Positions 7,358 through 17,371 of a stretch of 35,311 nt of DNA are shown in pieces. How positions within the stretch are numbered: position 1 is the stretch's first letter; each line of letters begins with the position of its first letter. Origin of the DNA: a virus. Both the position numbers and the translations under genes were made by a program. The notes under the pieces were generated by a model. It searched no databases. It worked only from the letters and a program-made list of their open reading frames with translations, and had not been told where the DNA came from. The DNA lies in the IMG/VR virus record IMGVR_UViG_3300045988_070681. One strand, written 5' to 3'.

Positions 7358-9871
7358 TTACAGGTTAGCCGCTACTTGTACGCTATTATACTGCTGTTGT
7401 CCGGCGTCTATGTCGGTTACAGCCACCCGCGGGGGCGGGACGCTAGCCACTGAATCGTACATGATCGCCGCCAGTTTTTGGAGGCTGTCATTCGATAGGC
7501 TGAAATTGTTTGGTAACGGCATAGCCGGTCCGCTGCCTATGTCTATTTTGCCACCGTTGGCGTACCGGTACACGCCAGACGATCCGAAAGAACGCCCGCC
7601 GTACTCCATGTTTAGCGCGCTTAGCGCATTGATCGCGCCGGACGCTTTACGGTTCAAAATGTACACGTTCTCTCCGCCCTCGGCTTCGAACTGCTGCCCG
7701 TTCGACCCGGTGAACGTCACGCCGCCCGCCGCATGGCTAGCTCCGTAAATTTGTCCGCCCTTCGCGTATTTCTTAACGCTCGTGTTGATCTTGGTGTCCG
7801 GCTCTTTAGTCTTGTTAATGCTCATAACCTGTTTCATGCCAAAAGCAATAATCATAGCCGCCTGTGGTATCCCCCAGGCTCCCAGCTGCGCTATTGCTTT
7901 AGACGCGCCTAGATAAGTATTGATAAGCGCCTGCGCTGTTGCAAATGCTTTCCCCGCCGCGCTCTCTTCGCCTAACAGGCTTGAGAGTTGCCCGGCTGTG
8001 CCCGCTGCCATCTCCAATTGCGCGTTATAGTACTTCCGCTTAAGCTCGTCCTTCATTATTTCGAAACGTTCGGTTATTGCGGTTGTTTCCGCTCCGATCT
8101 TTTCCGCGTTCTCGATCTCCGTTGCCTTTTGCGCGTCCAGCCTTGCAAGCTGGCTTTCCAAATCGTTGTTTGACCTCACTTCGGCTAGCGCCCGGTCGTT
8201 CTCTAGGTTGAGGGCTTTACGGTCTTTTTCCTTCTGCGCTTCTTCGTCCTTCCGGGCTTTAACCTCCGCAGCGTATTCCAACTCGAGTTGGCGGACGTTG
8301 TTTATATACTCTTGCTCGCCTATAAGACCCTGTGCGCGCCTGTACGTCTCAATCTCTATTTTTTGATCGTTGACCGCTTGTAATTCCTGCAATGAGACCT
8401 TAGCCCCCTCAATTTCCCGCTGTGCTATATCTAACTGCATGGCTGTAACGGCTTCCGCGTATTTCTTAAGCTGTGCGTCCTGCGCCGCCTTGATCGCGTC
8501 CAGCGCTTTCTTATGCGCGTCTGCTTCCCTCTTCGCCGCGTCCTCGGCTGCCTTCGCTGACTTCGCCGCCGCGGCTTGTGCTGCTGCTGCCTGCTTGTCG
8601 CGTTCCTGTTTGATGAAGCCGGACACCTGCCCCGCCATTTCTTTCTCCTGTGTGGCATATTGGGCGCGCGCTGCTTCCAGTGCTGCAAGGGCTTCCTGCT
8701 CCTTCCGCAAATCTTCGTCGCTTGAATAGCCTAGTTGGTTCTGGGCTTTGATCTGCTTATATTTTGCGTCCAGTACGGACAACTCCATATCCCGGATAGC
8801 GTGTAACTTGTCCCTAGCTTGTTCCAGAAGTTTAGACCGCTCGGCGGCTGACTTGTTTTGGTCTGCTGCAAGCGTCTTAAGCTCTTCCATCTCGCGCCGC
8901 ATTTGCGCCATAGGAACAAGCGCTGCCGTTTCAGCCTGGTAAATGCGCTGCGTCTCGCCTGCCAACCGTGCGCCTTCCGCCGCCGCCTTCTTCGTCTCCT
9001 CACTGACAAGCCCTAACTTATCCAAAAGCCATGTAACGCCCTTAGCAAGGTTTTCAAGAAGAAAGGCTACGCCTTCAAACAAACCGGTTACCCAGTCCAG
9101 CAAACGCCCGAAAACGACCTTAAACGGCGCGAACGCTGCATTTAAGCTAGTCGCCAACTCGCTGTTACGTTTCATCAGCTTCTCGATGATGCCGATAAGG
9201 TTTAATACGAGCGACACGACAAATATAATCGGGTTCGCTTTCAACACCGCGTTGAACGCCTGGACGCCTGCAATTCCGCTTTTCATTTGCCCCACCAGCG
9301 CGCCGGTGCCTCCGGTTAGCCCCTGCGTTTGAAGTATGCCGTCCTTAACGCTCTCGGCATAGTTACCTACGTTTCGACGGTTGTCTCCTACCGACTTCTC
9401 AAGCTCCTTGAGCTTGTCCGATAACGCTTTGGTCCGCTCGGTTAAGTCTTGCCCCTCCTTGCTGGTAGTCCGTTGCGCCTCGCTCATTTTGTTCAGCTCG
9501 GCGGTGTTTTGCGCCAGTTGGGCGCGCAAAGCGTTGACGCTCGTAGCCTCGTTGTCCAGGAGCGTTTTTGTAGACTTGATCTCGGCGTTATTCTGTTTGT
9601 TCGCCTCGGTATTGTCTAGGATCGCTTTTTGCGTCTCAATCAGAGACTTATTCAGCTTCTTAACGGTTGCGTCGTACTTGTCTTGCTGTACAAGCCCGTC
9701 CGCGTAATTCTGGTTTAGCGTGTCCAGCTCCCTCTTTTCAGAGGCGTATGCCGCCTGCAAATCCTTCTTAGTTTTTGCAAGGGCTATACTCTTGGCTATT
9801 AACGCGTCCAGACCCTTCTCGGCTTCAGACGTGCCAAAATTGAGGTCTAATAATGTTACTTGATCCGCCAT
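7358..9871 (-). CDS. Tape measure protein
   Basis: 837 aa. Long Ala/Lys/Glu/Gln coiled-coil regions, a central hydrophobic segment (IIFVVSLVLNLIGII, VTGLFEGVAFLL) and a Gly-rich C-terminus. Followed by large tail proteins. Confidence 0.75.
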   Translation of the reverse strand: MADQVTLLDLNFGTSEAEKGLDALIAKSIALAKTKKDLQAAYASEKRELDTLNQNYADGLVQQDKYDATVKKLNKSLIETQKAILDNTEANKQNNAEIKSTKTLLDNEATSVNALRAQLAQNTAELNKMSEAQRTTSKEGQDLTERTKALSDKLKELEKSVGDNRRNVGNYAESVKDGILQTQGLTGGTGALVGQMKSGIAGVQAFNAVLKANPIIFVVSLVLNLIGIIEKLMKRNSELATSLNAAFAPFKVVFGRLLDWVTGLFEGVAFLLENLAKGVTWLLDKLGLVSEETKKAAAEGARLAGETQRIYQAETAALVPMAQMRREMEELKTLAADQNKSAAERSKLLEQARDKLHAIRDMELSVLDAKYKQIKAQNQLGYSSDEDLRKEQEALAALEAARAQYATQEKEMAGQVSGFIKQERDKQAAAAQAAAAKSAKAAEDAAKREADAHKKALDAIKAAQDAQLKKYAEAVTAMQLDIAQREIEGAKVSLQELQAVNDQKIEIETYRRAQGLIGEQEYINNVRQLELEYAAEVKARKDEEAQKEKDRKALNLENDRALAEVRSNNDLESQLARLDAQKATEIENAEKIGAETTAITERFEIMKDELKRKYYNAQLEMAAGTAGQLSSLLGEESAAGKAFATAQALINTYLGASKAIAQLGAWGIPQAAMIIAFGMKQVMSINKTKEPDTKINTSVKKYAKGGQIYGASHAAGGVTFTGSNGQQFEAEGGENVYILNRKASGAINALSALNMEYGGRSFGSSGVYRYANGGKIDIGSGPAMPLPNNFSLSNDSLQKLAAIMYDSVASVPPPRVAVTDIDAGQQQYNSVQVAANL

Positions 9872-9877
9872 TTTAAT

Positions 9878-11623
9878 CTATTTTAAATCCATTTTGTACA
9901 AAGATAGCTTACAATTCCCGGTTGCTACGTCAAATTCACCTAACGATTTAATGTAGAAATAGCTGTTTAGCTGGGAGAAGTAGTATGCATCCCCTAACCG
10001 AAGGTTTTCTACGTCCGCATATTCTAATTGTGCCTTGATCTTCACCTGTACACGTGACCTGAACATCTTGAAATGCCGGTTGATATACTGATAGTATATG
10101 TTCTTAACAAACGTATAATTGTAATCATAGCTGCTAGGTTTGGCGAATGCTGCTGTTAGCCCCATGGTCGGGAATACCCGGCTATTATAAGAGAATTTAG
10201 CAGACGATTTGTAAGCGTCCTTAACAGGCGTTACCGTTCCGGGTCCGTTGGAGTAACTGAATTTTTCCGAGCCTACCGTACACACGTATTGGTCCGCGAA
10301 CTCGTCCGGCACGTCTACGGTCTCGACGCTGCGCAGCTTGTCGCTCCAATCATGTACACGTGTCCACGCCGCACTTGTCCCGTCCCTTAAATCGGCGTCT
10401 ACTACGGGTTCCACACGTAACGTGCCGTTGCGGTAAATTTTCCGCCAGTGCCACGCCGCGCACATGTCGTCTACTATGTTTTTTACATCAGTATATGGGA
10501 AATCGATTGCCACGTTGGCAACCGAATCGTATTGGGGCTTAATAGCCGCATCATACACCGCTTGTCCCGCTCCGCATCTTATCAGCTCCTCCGGGTCGTA
10601 GCCGTCGGGGAACTTGAAGTAGTCCGTACGGGTCACGCCCCCGATAGTCGCCGCTAGTTGCATGTACGCGTCCTGTTTAGGGTAAACCGTCATTTGCGCA
10701 TTATCCTTCGTAGCGTAAATCCAAATACGGTCGGTTATGCTCCCGTAGTAGGACATTGACCGCCCCATCGCCGACACTACGCCGCGTAGCGTTATAACAG
10801 GTTTTACTGATGGTATAACCGCTCCGGTGTATTCTACGATCATCCGGAACTGCTGGTTCTCCCCCGCCGAGATCAGGAATCCCGCCGCTCCGCCCCCCGA
10901 ACGGTCACCAAAGTACGAAGCATACATATATATCTGTGAGTTGTCCAACACAACCGCTGCGGTGTCCGGATACTTATATCCCCCGCGCCCCTTGGTGCTG
11001 TCTTTGGGCACTAGCTTAACCGTGCCAGCCGCCACGTTGTCCTGCCACGTGATACTTCCGCGGGCGCAAACCATGGTGGGCGCTAGTACAGCCGCGTCCT
11101 CCGGCTGCGGGAGCAAACCGCCCGGGCTGTAAAACGGGTTAATTGCCGGGAATGTTATTTGCGGAAAGTCCACATATTGGCGGACTATCTTTGCAAGGTT
11201 GGCGGCGCTTAAGTGTATCCCCCCATCCTTCACGAGGCTAAAATCAGGTAACGTTGATATAGGTTTGCTTACATCAGCCCATTTGTCCGTACTCTCGATC
11301 AGGTTGATCGTGTACTCCGTTTCTGTCGCCGATACTTTAGCGTAAAATTCCGTTGGCTCATCGGACACATAAGCGTAATATTTGAACGGGATGGACGCTA
11401 TTTGCAGTTGCGCCGAATAGTATTCGCAATTCAATAGCCCCTTGTTTAGCCCTATAAACGTTTCGTTGTTGTTAGGCGTCCTCGGTACTTTGACCGTCGC
11501 ACTGAAAGCAACTCTATCCCCAGCCATAGTGATTGGGGATACGTTGTTTATAGTGATCTTAACCGTTGCATTCTCCAAACCGTCGATCCTGCGACCGTTA
11601 ACAATTAATGATGTTACTTGCAT
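9878..11623 (-). CDS. Tail/baseplate structural protein (occupies the distal-tail-protein position)
   Basis: 581-aa ORF adjacent to the tape measure gene. Assigned by position only. Confidence 0.5.
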   Translation of the reverse strand: MQVTSLIVNGRRIDGLENATVKITINNVSPITMAGDRVAFSATVKVPRTPNNNETFIGLNKGLLNCEYYSAQLQIASIPFKYYAYVSDEPTEFYAKVSATETEYTINLIESTDKWADVSKPISTLPDFSLVKDGGIHLSAANLAKIVRQYVDFPQITFPAINPFYSPGGLLPQPEDAAVLAPTMVCARGSITWQDNVAAGTVKLVPKDSTKGRGGYKYPDTAAVVLDNSQIYMYASYFGDRSGGGAAGFLISAGENQQFRMIVEYTGAVIPSVKPVITLRGVVSAMGRSMSYYGSITDRIWIYATKDNAQMTVYPKQDAYMQLAATIGGVTRTDYFKFPDGYDPEELIRCGAGQAVYDAAIKPQYDSVANVAIDFPYTDVKNIVDDMCAAWHWRKIYRNGTLRVEPVVDADLRDGTSAAWTRVHDWSDKLRSVETVDVPDEFADQYVCTVGSEKFSYSNGPGTVTPVKDAYKSSAKFSYNSRVFPTMGLTAAFAKPSSYDYNYTFVKNIYYQYINRHFKMFRSRVQVKIKAQLEYADVENLRLGDAYYFSQLNSYFYIKSLGEFDVATGNCKLSLYKMDLK

Positions 11624-11628
11624 ATCTT

Positions 11629-14139
11629 CTATCCTTCTTGTTCAATTATACAAATTGCGGTCTCGCCCGTAGCGTTTTCTGTTACTTCCAAATACCCGCT
11701 ACGCTTCGTTCCGGTGCTATTGGCGGTGTATGTAATATCAATAGGTATGATCCCACCCGCGTCGTTATTAGGGGAAACTGCCACCCAAGACGGTTTATTG
11801 GTCACCGCCCAACCGTTTGCAGTTCCACAAGCTACCCGCTTAACAGTCCCGGACGTTTTCGGCGCGGTTACCCTTGCTGGTTCTATGGCTATGCCAGTTG
11901 GCGCGCGCCCCTGATTAACTGTGGCTACTGCGGTCTGACCCGTTAAATCATTACGGAATGTTATCGTTCCGGTTCTCGGAGCGTCCGTAGTGTTATCCCC
12001 GATCGTTAACGCCACGTTGGTCGTACCGTTCGGTCCGTTTAATTGGCTAGGCGTTATCCATGTGGCGCGCCCCAATACAGACCAGTTGCCAACTGATGCC
12101 ACGGCAACCGTGACGGGTAAATGAACGTAGCGCGCGGCGATCGTAGACGGAGTAGCGGTTATATTTCCCGTAGCTCCTGCCTGCGTTACGCTGAAACTGT
12201 TTTGAACTGACAGATTCTCGGTGCTACGGTATGTTATATTTGCCGATCTCGGCGCCCCTGTATTTTCTTGTAAAATAAAATTACAATGAATACCGTATCC
12301 GGCGGCACCCGTTAAATTTATGGGGATCGCCCATGAAGGATACTCCACGCACTGCCAAGACGCATTAGAAACCATTTGTTTTAGAAGAATAGACGGATTC
12401 GCCTCTGCCGGAACTATAGTAGGCTCCGGGATAAATACTATACCAGCCTTCGCCTGGTTGATCGGTATCGTATAAGTAGCCGCGCCTGCCTTGCTCTTCA
12501 ACACGATGTTACCCGATCTAGCCTCTCCGGTGTTGGGGGCTATCGTTCCGTATACGTATTGTGTTCCGGCTTCTCCGATCCGGGTGTGTATGCTGTTGTC
12601 AGACACCCCGATTTGAGCGGCTGTTGCATCGCTAGGTGCTAAATTGCCCATTGGCTCTCTCCGCAATCTAAAAATAGCATATACCGCCCCGCTTATATTT
12701 ATAGTTCTAGTTTGATTCGCTCCTGATGTTAAATCATCCCCTGCAATAAATGTCATATTCGCGTCAAAAACGTACATTGTTACGTTGTATCCGGGAACAA
12801 ACGCCCTGATGAATACGGGTTTTCCGTATACAGGAATGGGGTTCTTCGATCTTATATAACCGTTAGATGTAAATTTCATGTTCTCATAAGGAGTTCCCGC
12901 CGTGCCTGATAGCCCGCCTTGCTCGAAATCGTCCGGCGTTAATGTTACCATATCACCGAAGGCGAACCAGTCCGGTTTACTCTGTACGTCCCATGCCGCG
13001 TTGCTATAAATGTTGTTCCACATCCCTTCCATGTAACTCGCCGATGCGTTCACCCACGGGTTGACCTGCGCACTGAATTGAATAGCGGGCGTAGGCGGTT
13101 GGTCCGGTGCTAACGGGAACATGTAATTGTCTTGCAGTTCTGTTGTTCTGAACCTTACTTGCTGCCTGTACGTCTTAGTACTGTTAGACCAGCGCGCGCC
13201 CGTGTCTCCTGAAACTTCTGCCCTGAACCGCTTGTTCTGGTATTGGTTTATGCCGGGAATGTTCAAGTCAAACACGACATTAGACGATACCAACAACTCC
13301 TGGTAGACGTTATACCATTCTTCGCCGTACTCTAGGTTAATGGTTAGCTCCGCTTGTCCTGTTACGCCTCCATGTCCACGGATCGGTGTGAACTTGTTAG
13401 ACCAAAAGTAGTCCTTGAATGCCGCCCAAAACCATTGACCGTTCCGCATGTTCCATCTAGCGCGAAGGGCGCATTGCAGGCTCCCATCGTAGACCACATC
13501 AGTATATAACTTGTCCTCATAGTTAATCACCTGGTCCAGACCAGACCCCCAAACATTTTTAATCGTCAACTTCTTAATATACTTTATGTCTATCGTATTC
13601 CCCAGTACATAGGTAGTAGGAAAGACCACGTCAGACGGCGCGCCCGTTACGGGTTCTACCTCTACTTGGAACGCGTCTAGCGGATGGATCCGGTAAGGGA
13701 AATATATGTCTAGCGTCTGGTTAGGTATGCGCGGTTTGGGCGGTTGGGGGAGCGCGCTATCAACGCCCAAAGTATCCCAGTACGTTTCATCACAGTGGAA
13801 CACGGGAAGCGTTATTTTATTAGCTAGGTTCGAACTCCATATTTCTACCTCCTGTTGGGGGAACGCCGGATCACCCTCCGACACGTTACGGTCTGCCCGT
13901 CTTAGCAACGGAGCGGCAAACGATAGGTCTAAATACAATTCCTCCTGGTAGGGGAGCGTTATTTCCTTCTTGACCGCCCCTCCGTTTGATACACGGACAT
14001 ATACCGGGTACTCATTGCCGCTTATGAAGTCCGGCGTCACCCGGACCATCAAAGGGCGCGTAGCCCACACGGGTAACTGACCGTTGTATGTCTGCCCGTC
14101 GCTTAGTGTTAAACCTGCTATCGGTATTTGTACATTCAT
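11629..14139 (-). CDS. Large tail protein with a central CBM-like domain and C-terminal BACON-like repeats (probable receptor-binding/host-recognition protein)
   Basis: 836 aa. Residues 567-836 contain three units of the pattern W..(x)..SW(I/V)...(x)..N.....R(S/T)(A/G).(I/L).(x)...(x)Q, typical of BACON domains. Residues 403-510 are paralogous to residues 117-223 of the 797-aa protein. Confidence 0.7.
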   Translation of the reverse strand: MNVQIPIAGLTLSDGQTYNGQLPVWATRPLMVRVTPDFISGNEYPVYVRVSNGGAVKKEITLPYQEELYLDLSFAAPLLRRADRNVSEGDPAFPQQEVEIWSSNLANKITLPVFHCDETYWDTLGVDSALPQPPKPRIPNQTLDIYFPYRIHPLDAFQVEVEPVTGAPSDVVFPTTYVLGNTIDIKYIKKLTIKNVWGSGLDQVINYEDKLYTDVVYDGSLQCALRARWNMRNGQWFWAAFKDYFWSNKFTPIRGHGGVTGQAELTINLEYGEEWYNVYQELLVSSNVVFDLNIPGINQYQNKRFRAEVSGDTGARWSNSTKTYRQQVRFRTTELQDNYMFPLAPDQPPTPAIQFSAQVNPWVNASASYMEGMWNNIYSNAAWDVQSKPDWFAFGDMVTLTPDDFEQGGLSGTAGTPYENMKFTSNGYIRSKNPIPVYGKPVFIRAFVPGYNVTMYVFDANMTFIAGDDLTSGANQTRTINISGAVYAIFRLRREPMGNLAPSDATAAQIGVSDNSIHTRIGEAGTQYVYGTIAPNTGEARSGNIVLKSKAGAATYTIPINQAKAGIVFIPEPTIVPAEANPSILLKQMVSNASWQCVEYPSWAIPINLTGAAGYGIHCNFILQENTGAPRSANITYRSTENLSVQNSFSVTQAGATGNITATPSTIAARYVHLPVTVAVASVGNWSVLGRATWITPSQLNGPNGTTNVALTIGDNTTDAPRTGTITFRNDLTGQTAVATVNQGRAPTGIAIEPARVTAPKTSGTVKRVACGTANGWAVTNKPSWVAVSPNNDAGGIIPIDITYTANSTGTKRSGYLEVTENATGETAICIIEQEG

Positions 14140-14586
14140 CTATTTAATATTTAAAGTGTCAATAATAGCGAATCTAATTATAGTTACTATCTCGTTTTGC
14201 AACTTTAGCACCCTAGCCGGGTTAAGCACATCGGATACTACGCCGCCCGGGTTGTGCTTGTTGGGTACCTTGATACCCATCTCGCCGATAGCCTTCGCAA
14301 TCGGATACGCGGCGGATAACGGTATGGTTGCCCCTTGCCTGTTCTTGTCCTCGATCCACTTTCGTATGATCCAAAGCGGAGGGCGTTTACCCGCAATGCG
14401 CCCGCCTTCCATCGCACCCACATAGAGCGGTGCGGTTATCTTAGCATTGTTGCCCCCTATGGCTAATTTAAGCTCCTTAGCGAAGTTGCCCGACGCCATA
14501 AGCCCTTTAGCCTTATAAGAGGCTTCTATGTCATCCCGTAGCTTGGTTAACAGGACTTCAATCTCTAACATTGCGTTTCGTGCCAT
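14140..14586 (-). CDS. Hypothetical virion-module protein (148 aa)
   Basis: ATG at 14586. Its stop abuts the next start (14139). No motif recognised. Confidence 0.6.
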   Translation of the reverse strand: MARNAMLEIEVLLTKLRDDIEASYKAKGLMASGNFAKELKLAIGGNNAKITAPLYVGAMEGGRIAGKRPPLWIIRKWIEDKNRQGATIPLSAAYPIAKAIGEMGIKVPNKHNPGGVVSDVLNPARVLKLQNEIVTIIRFAIIDTLNIK

Positions 14587-14984
14587 TACTCGGATAAATT
14601 AAGAGTTATCTCCCAACCTGATTTGGGACTGTCGTATATGTTTTGGCGCTTGGTTACCGCTGCACCTTCTGACACGTACAAGCAAACGGCTTTGCGTGCT
14701 ATGTCGGTTATAACGGCAAACGTCCGATCCAGTACGTCGATCTCGGACGAGCTGTCAGTTTCGTAGAACGACGTGCCCAGTACCTGTATAAGCACGGCGA
14801 CCGAGAACGCCTCGGCGGCGTAGTCGTTATAGTCTTGGCGCCCGCCCGGGATGTCCACAAAGATAAAATCACCCGTTATATCGTTCGCCAGCCGATTACG
14901 TGTAGATTCATCCCCGAAGAATACGGGAAGCGCATGTTGCGCCCCCCATGTTCCAACCTGATCCAATATCCCTCTAAAAGTCAT
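14586..14984 (-). CDS. Hypothetical virion-module protein (132 aa)
   Basis: ATG at 14984, overlapping the end of the 797-aa gene by 11 nt. No motif recognised. Confidence 0.6.
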   Translation of the reverse strand: MTFRGILDQVGTWGAQHALPVFFGDESTRNRLANDITGDFIFVDIPGGRQDYNDYAAEAFSVAVLIQVLGTSFYETDSSSEIDVLDRTFAVITDIARKAVCLYVSEGAAVTKRQNIYDSPKSGWEITLNLSE

Positions 14985-17367
14985 ATTCAGTTTTTACATT
15001 ATCGTCATACGCCGGCGCGTCCTGCGAAGCAATTACACGTTTGCCCGTCCAAACCTTGCTGGCTGTCTGCTTGTATTTGCCGCATAGGGTGACGTAGCCT
15101 GTTGTTGTTATGCTTCCGCTTTCGATCCGTGCGTTGCCTTCCATGATACTCACACCCTCGCATGACGCATTTACCACGGCTGCCGGCGCTACATAGGAAT
15201 TGCCTCCTAGCACCCATGCGTTACCCGAATTGTGGGACCCGAAGAATCGGGCGTTGCCAGCCATCGTTATATTATATTTACCCGCGCCGCCCAATCGTCC
15301 GGCAAACACTGCGTTATCCCTCATATCCAACAATGACAGCCCGGCACTAGCGTTAGCTTCGAATGGCGCGAACACCGCGTTGCCAGACATATAAGCCGCG
15401 CCCGCGATAGGCAGTTGACCCGCCAAAGCGGATGGCGCTTGTACGATAGAGTTCCCACCGAAGTAGCCCGTACCCGTTACGCTCGTATCTATCAACGTAG
15501 CGTTATCTTCTACGCGGACATTCCCGTAGATCATTGCGCCTGTTGCCTTCGTGCTAACGATCCGGCAACCGTTGTACGTTGTGACGGTTACGCCCTTAAC
15601 CTCGTCCAGGGACAATATATCCGATCCGTCGGCTTTCCTCACGGCTACGTACGCATAAATGGCTGTGCGTGCCAGTGCGGCTGGGGCGTTAATGCCGGGT
15701 ACGTACCCAGTGTTTGATAATATCTTATTTTCCGAATCGGTTAAATATATGTTGCATTCCACTCCTGCGGGGGCATCTACTGATACGCCGCCACCCCCTG
15801 AAATTCTAAACGGTCGTAGCACCACGGCGCTAGCGTTATTAGCCACTACCCCCGATATAGTACTCCCGTTAGTAGCCGCGTTGTATAGACCCTTCACCAG
15901 CACCCCGCTGATATCCTGTGTATTGCCCGCCTCGTGCTTCATAGAGTTACCGAACACGTTCGTGCCTTTCAAGTCAAACTTGCCACTCAAATAAGCGTCG
16001 GCGTATATGGTTGTATTATAAGCATCTGACATTGACGACGCGACTGACTTGACGCTCTCGTGTGATTCAACCAATGCGGTTATGATCGTGCCATTAGATA
16101 AGCGGTACATGCCATTAACCTCGGAACTGATTAAAAAATGCCCGGCACCGTTGATTTTACCCAAATCAGCCGTAGCAAGGTCAAAGTTAATGTCCCGGTA
16201 CGTGTTGGCGATCTGCGCATGGTGGTAGAAACGCCCGTTGTTCAGGTTGCATTTGTAGAACCTGATGGGCACTCCTGCCGTCTGCATAGCCGCCAGTCCG
16301 GGAAAGTTCGTAGTGTTCACTACCATGTTGCCACAGTTGTACGCCTGGATCAGCGAACGGGCTTGTGCGTTAAAGGCTATGCCTGGATGCGATCCGGAAA
16401 AGGCTAGGTTATTAACGCCGTGATAAATGCCTACCGCCTGCGCGTCTGCTGTTGCCGCGTCGATTGTGGCGTTAACGCTTATAAATTCTGACATTAACCT
16501 AACGGCACGCGGAGCGTTAGGTGCCCCATTTATAACCACGCTAGAGTCCTGTATGATGCTATCCGGGTACCTAATTCCGGATGTTATTGAATTTTGCCCG
16601 CCCGGGAATAAGTCTACCTCCGCCGTAGCTGTAACCGGGTTAATTTCAACGCGTGAATCAACTATGACTAATTTAGTTTCATGTGTCCCGGTGAATTTGA
16701 TTTGAGCGGCTGTTGCGTCTGCCGGGACTATCGTACCCGTTGGCTCCTTTCGCAGGCGGATAAAGAAGTATTGCCCTGCGGGTATTGTAAACGAAACGCC
16801 TGCGCCCGTTACAACCTGTGACGATGCCGCGCCTGTTGTAATTCCGTCCGCGTCCGTAGTGTACCATGTCACCGCGTACCCCTCTACGGCACATTTTACC
16901 GTTACAGGAACGCCGCCCGAAAATATAAGGGCTTTAGACCGTATGTAACTAGCGCTGGCAGCCTTCATAGTTTCCCAGTTGGCGCCCGCGGCATAATTAA
17001 AGCCGCCTTGCTCGAAGTCATTCGCCCCTAGCGCTACGGCGTCCGCCGCTGTCTGTTCCGACGCGAACCGCAATTTACTGCCAACTACTACGCTAGACCC
17101 TAGGATGCCTACGGCTGGCGTGCCTGTGGCGCTTAGTGCCGCCTCGCCTACATCTACGACAGAATCCCCTCCGATCCGTGCTCCTGGAAAGTTAAAGTTG
17201 CCTCTAAACAGCCAGCATGCGCCGTCCTGTGATAATGTCTTCTCGTCGTACACGATGCCGCCCACGTCGCCAATATTGACGTAACGGTCTCCCACCTGCC
17301 ACGAACGAAGGGCGCGTACCCTCTTGTCGCTCCCTACTGTAATGATTTCATACTTCTTTGATCCCAT
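14974..17367 (-). CDS. Beta-helix-repeat tail fibre/spike-like protein
   Basis: 797 aa. The N-terminus KKYEII..KRVRALRSW..IGDVGG.VYDEKTLSQDGACW resembles a family of phage repeat (hexapeptide/bactofilin-like) proteins. The C-terminal half has recurring GN(A/S).(V/F) turns. Residues 117-223 are shared with the 836-aa protein. Confidence 0.6.
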   Translation of the reverse strand: MGSKKYEIITVGSDKRVRALRSWQVGDRYVNIGDVGGIVYDEKTLSQDGACWLFRGNFNFPGARIGGDSVVDVGEAALSATGTPAVGILGSSVVVGSKLRFASEQTAADAVALGANDFEQGGFNYAAGANWETMKAASASYIRSKALIFSGGVPVTVKCAVEGYAVTWYTTDADGITTGAASSQVVTGAGVSFTIPAGQYFFIRLRKEPTGTIVPADATAAQIKFTGTHETKLVIVDSRVEINPVTATAEVDLFPGGQNSITSGIRYPDSIIQDSSVVINGAPNAPRAVRLMSEFISVNATIDAATADAQAVGIYHGVNNLAFSGSHPGIAFNAQARSLIQAYNCGNMVVNTTNFPGLAAMQTAGVPIRFYKCNLNNGRFYHHAQIANTYRDINFDLATADLGKINGAGHFLISSEVNGMYRLSNGTIITALVESHESVKSVASSMSDAYNTTIYADAYLSGKFDLKGTNVFGNSMKHEAGNTQDISGVLVKGLYNAATNGSTISGVVANNASAVVLRPFRISGGGGVSVDAPAGVECNIYLTDSENKILSNTGYVPGINAPAALARTAIYAYVAVRKADGSDILSLDEVKGVTVTTYNGCRIVSTKATGAMIYGNVRVEDNATLIDTSVTGTGYFGGNSIVQAPSALAGQLPIAGAAYMSGNAVFAPFEANASAGLSLLDMRDNAVFAGRLGGAGKYNITMAGNARFFGSHNSGNAWVLGGNSYVAPAAVVNASCEGVSIMEGNARIESGSITTTGYVTLCGKYKQTASKVWTGKRVIASQDAPAYDDNVKTEYDF

Positions 17368-17371
17368 AACG

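Noticed and set aside
8431-9009. Arg-rich minus-strand ORFs nested in the tape measure gene (8431..8688, 8731..9009)
   Set aside because: These are alternative frames of the GCN/AAR-rich coiled-coil coding sequence. The extreme Arg/Gln content is a frame artefact.
13826-13838. tRNA T-arm-like string ggttcgaactcc
   Set aside because: The flanking bases do not form a T-stem, acceptor stem or anticodon arm, and the site lies inside the 836-aa gene. I noticed no tRNA or other RNA gene, but I cannot run a covariance-model scan.
12610-17019. Diversity-generating retroelement (template/variable repeat) explanation for the shared tail-protein domain
   Set aside because: No reverse transcriptase gene is present in the genome. 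The two copies differ at all base types rather than adenine-specific positions, and both copies are coding.
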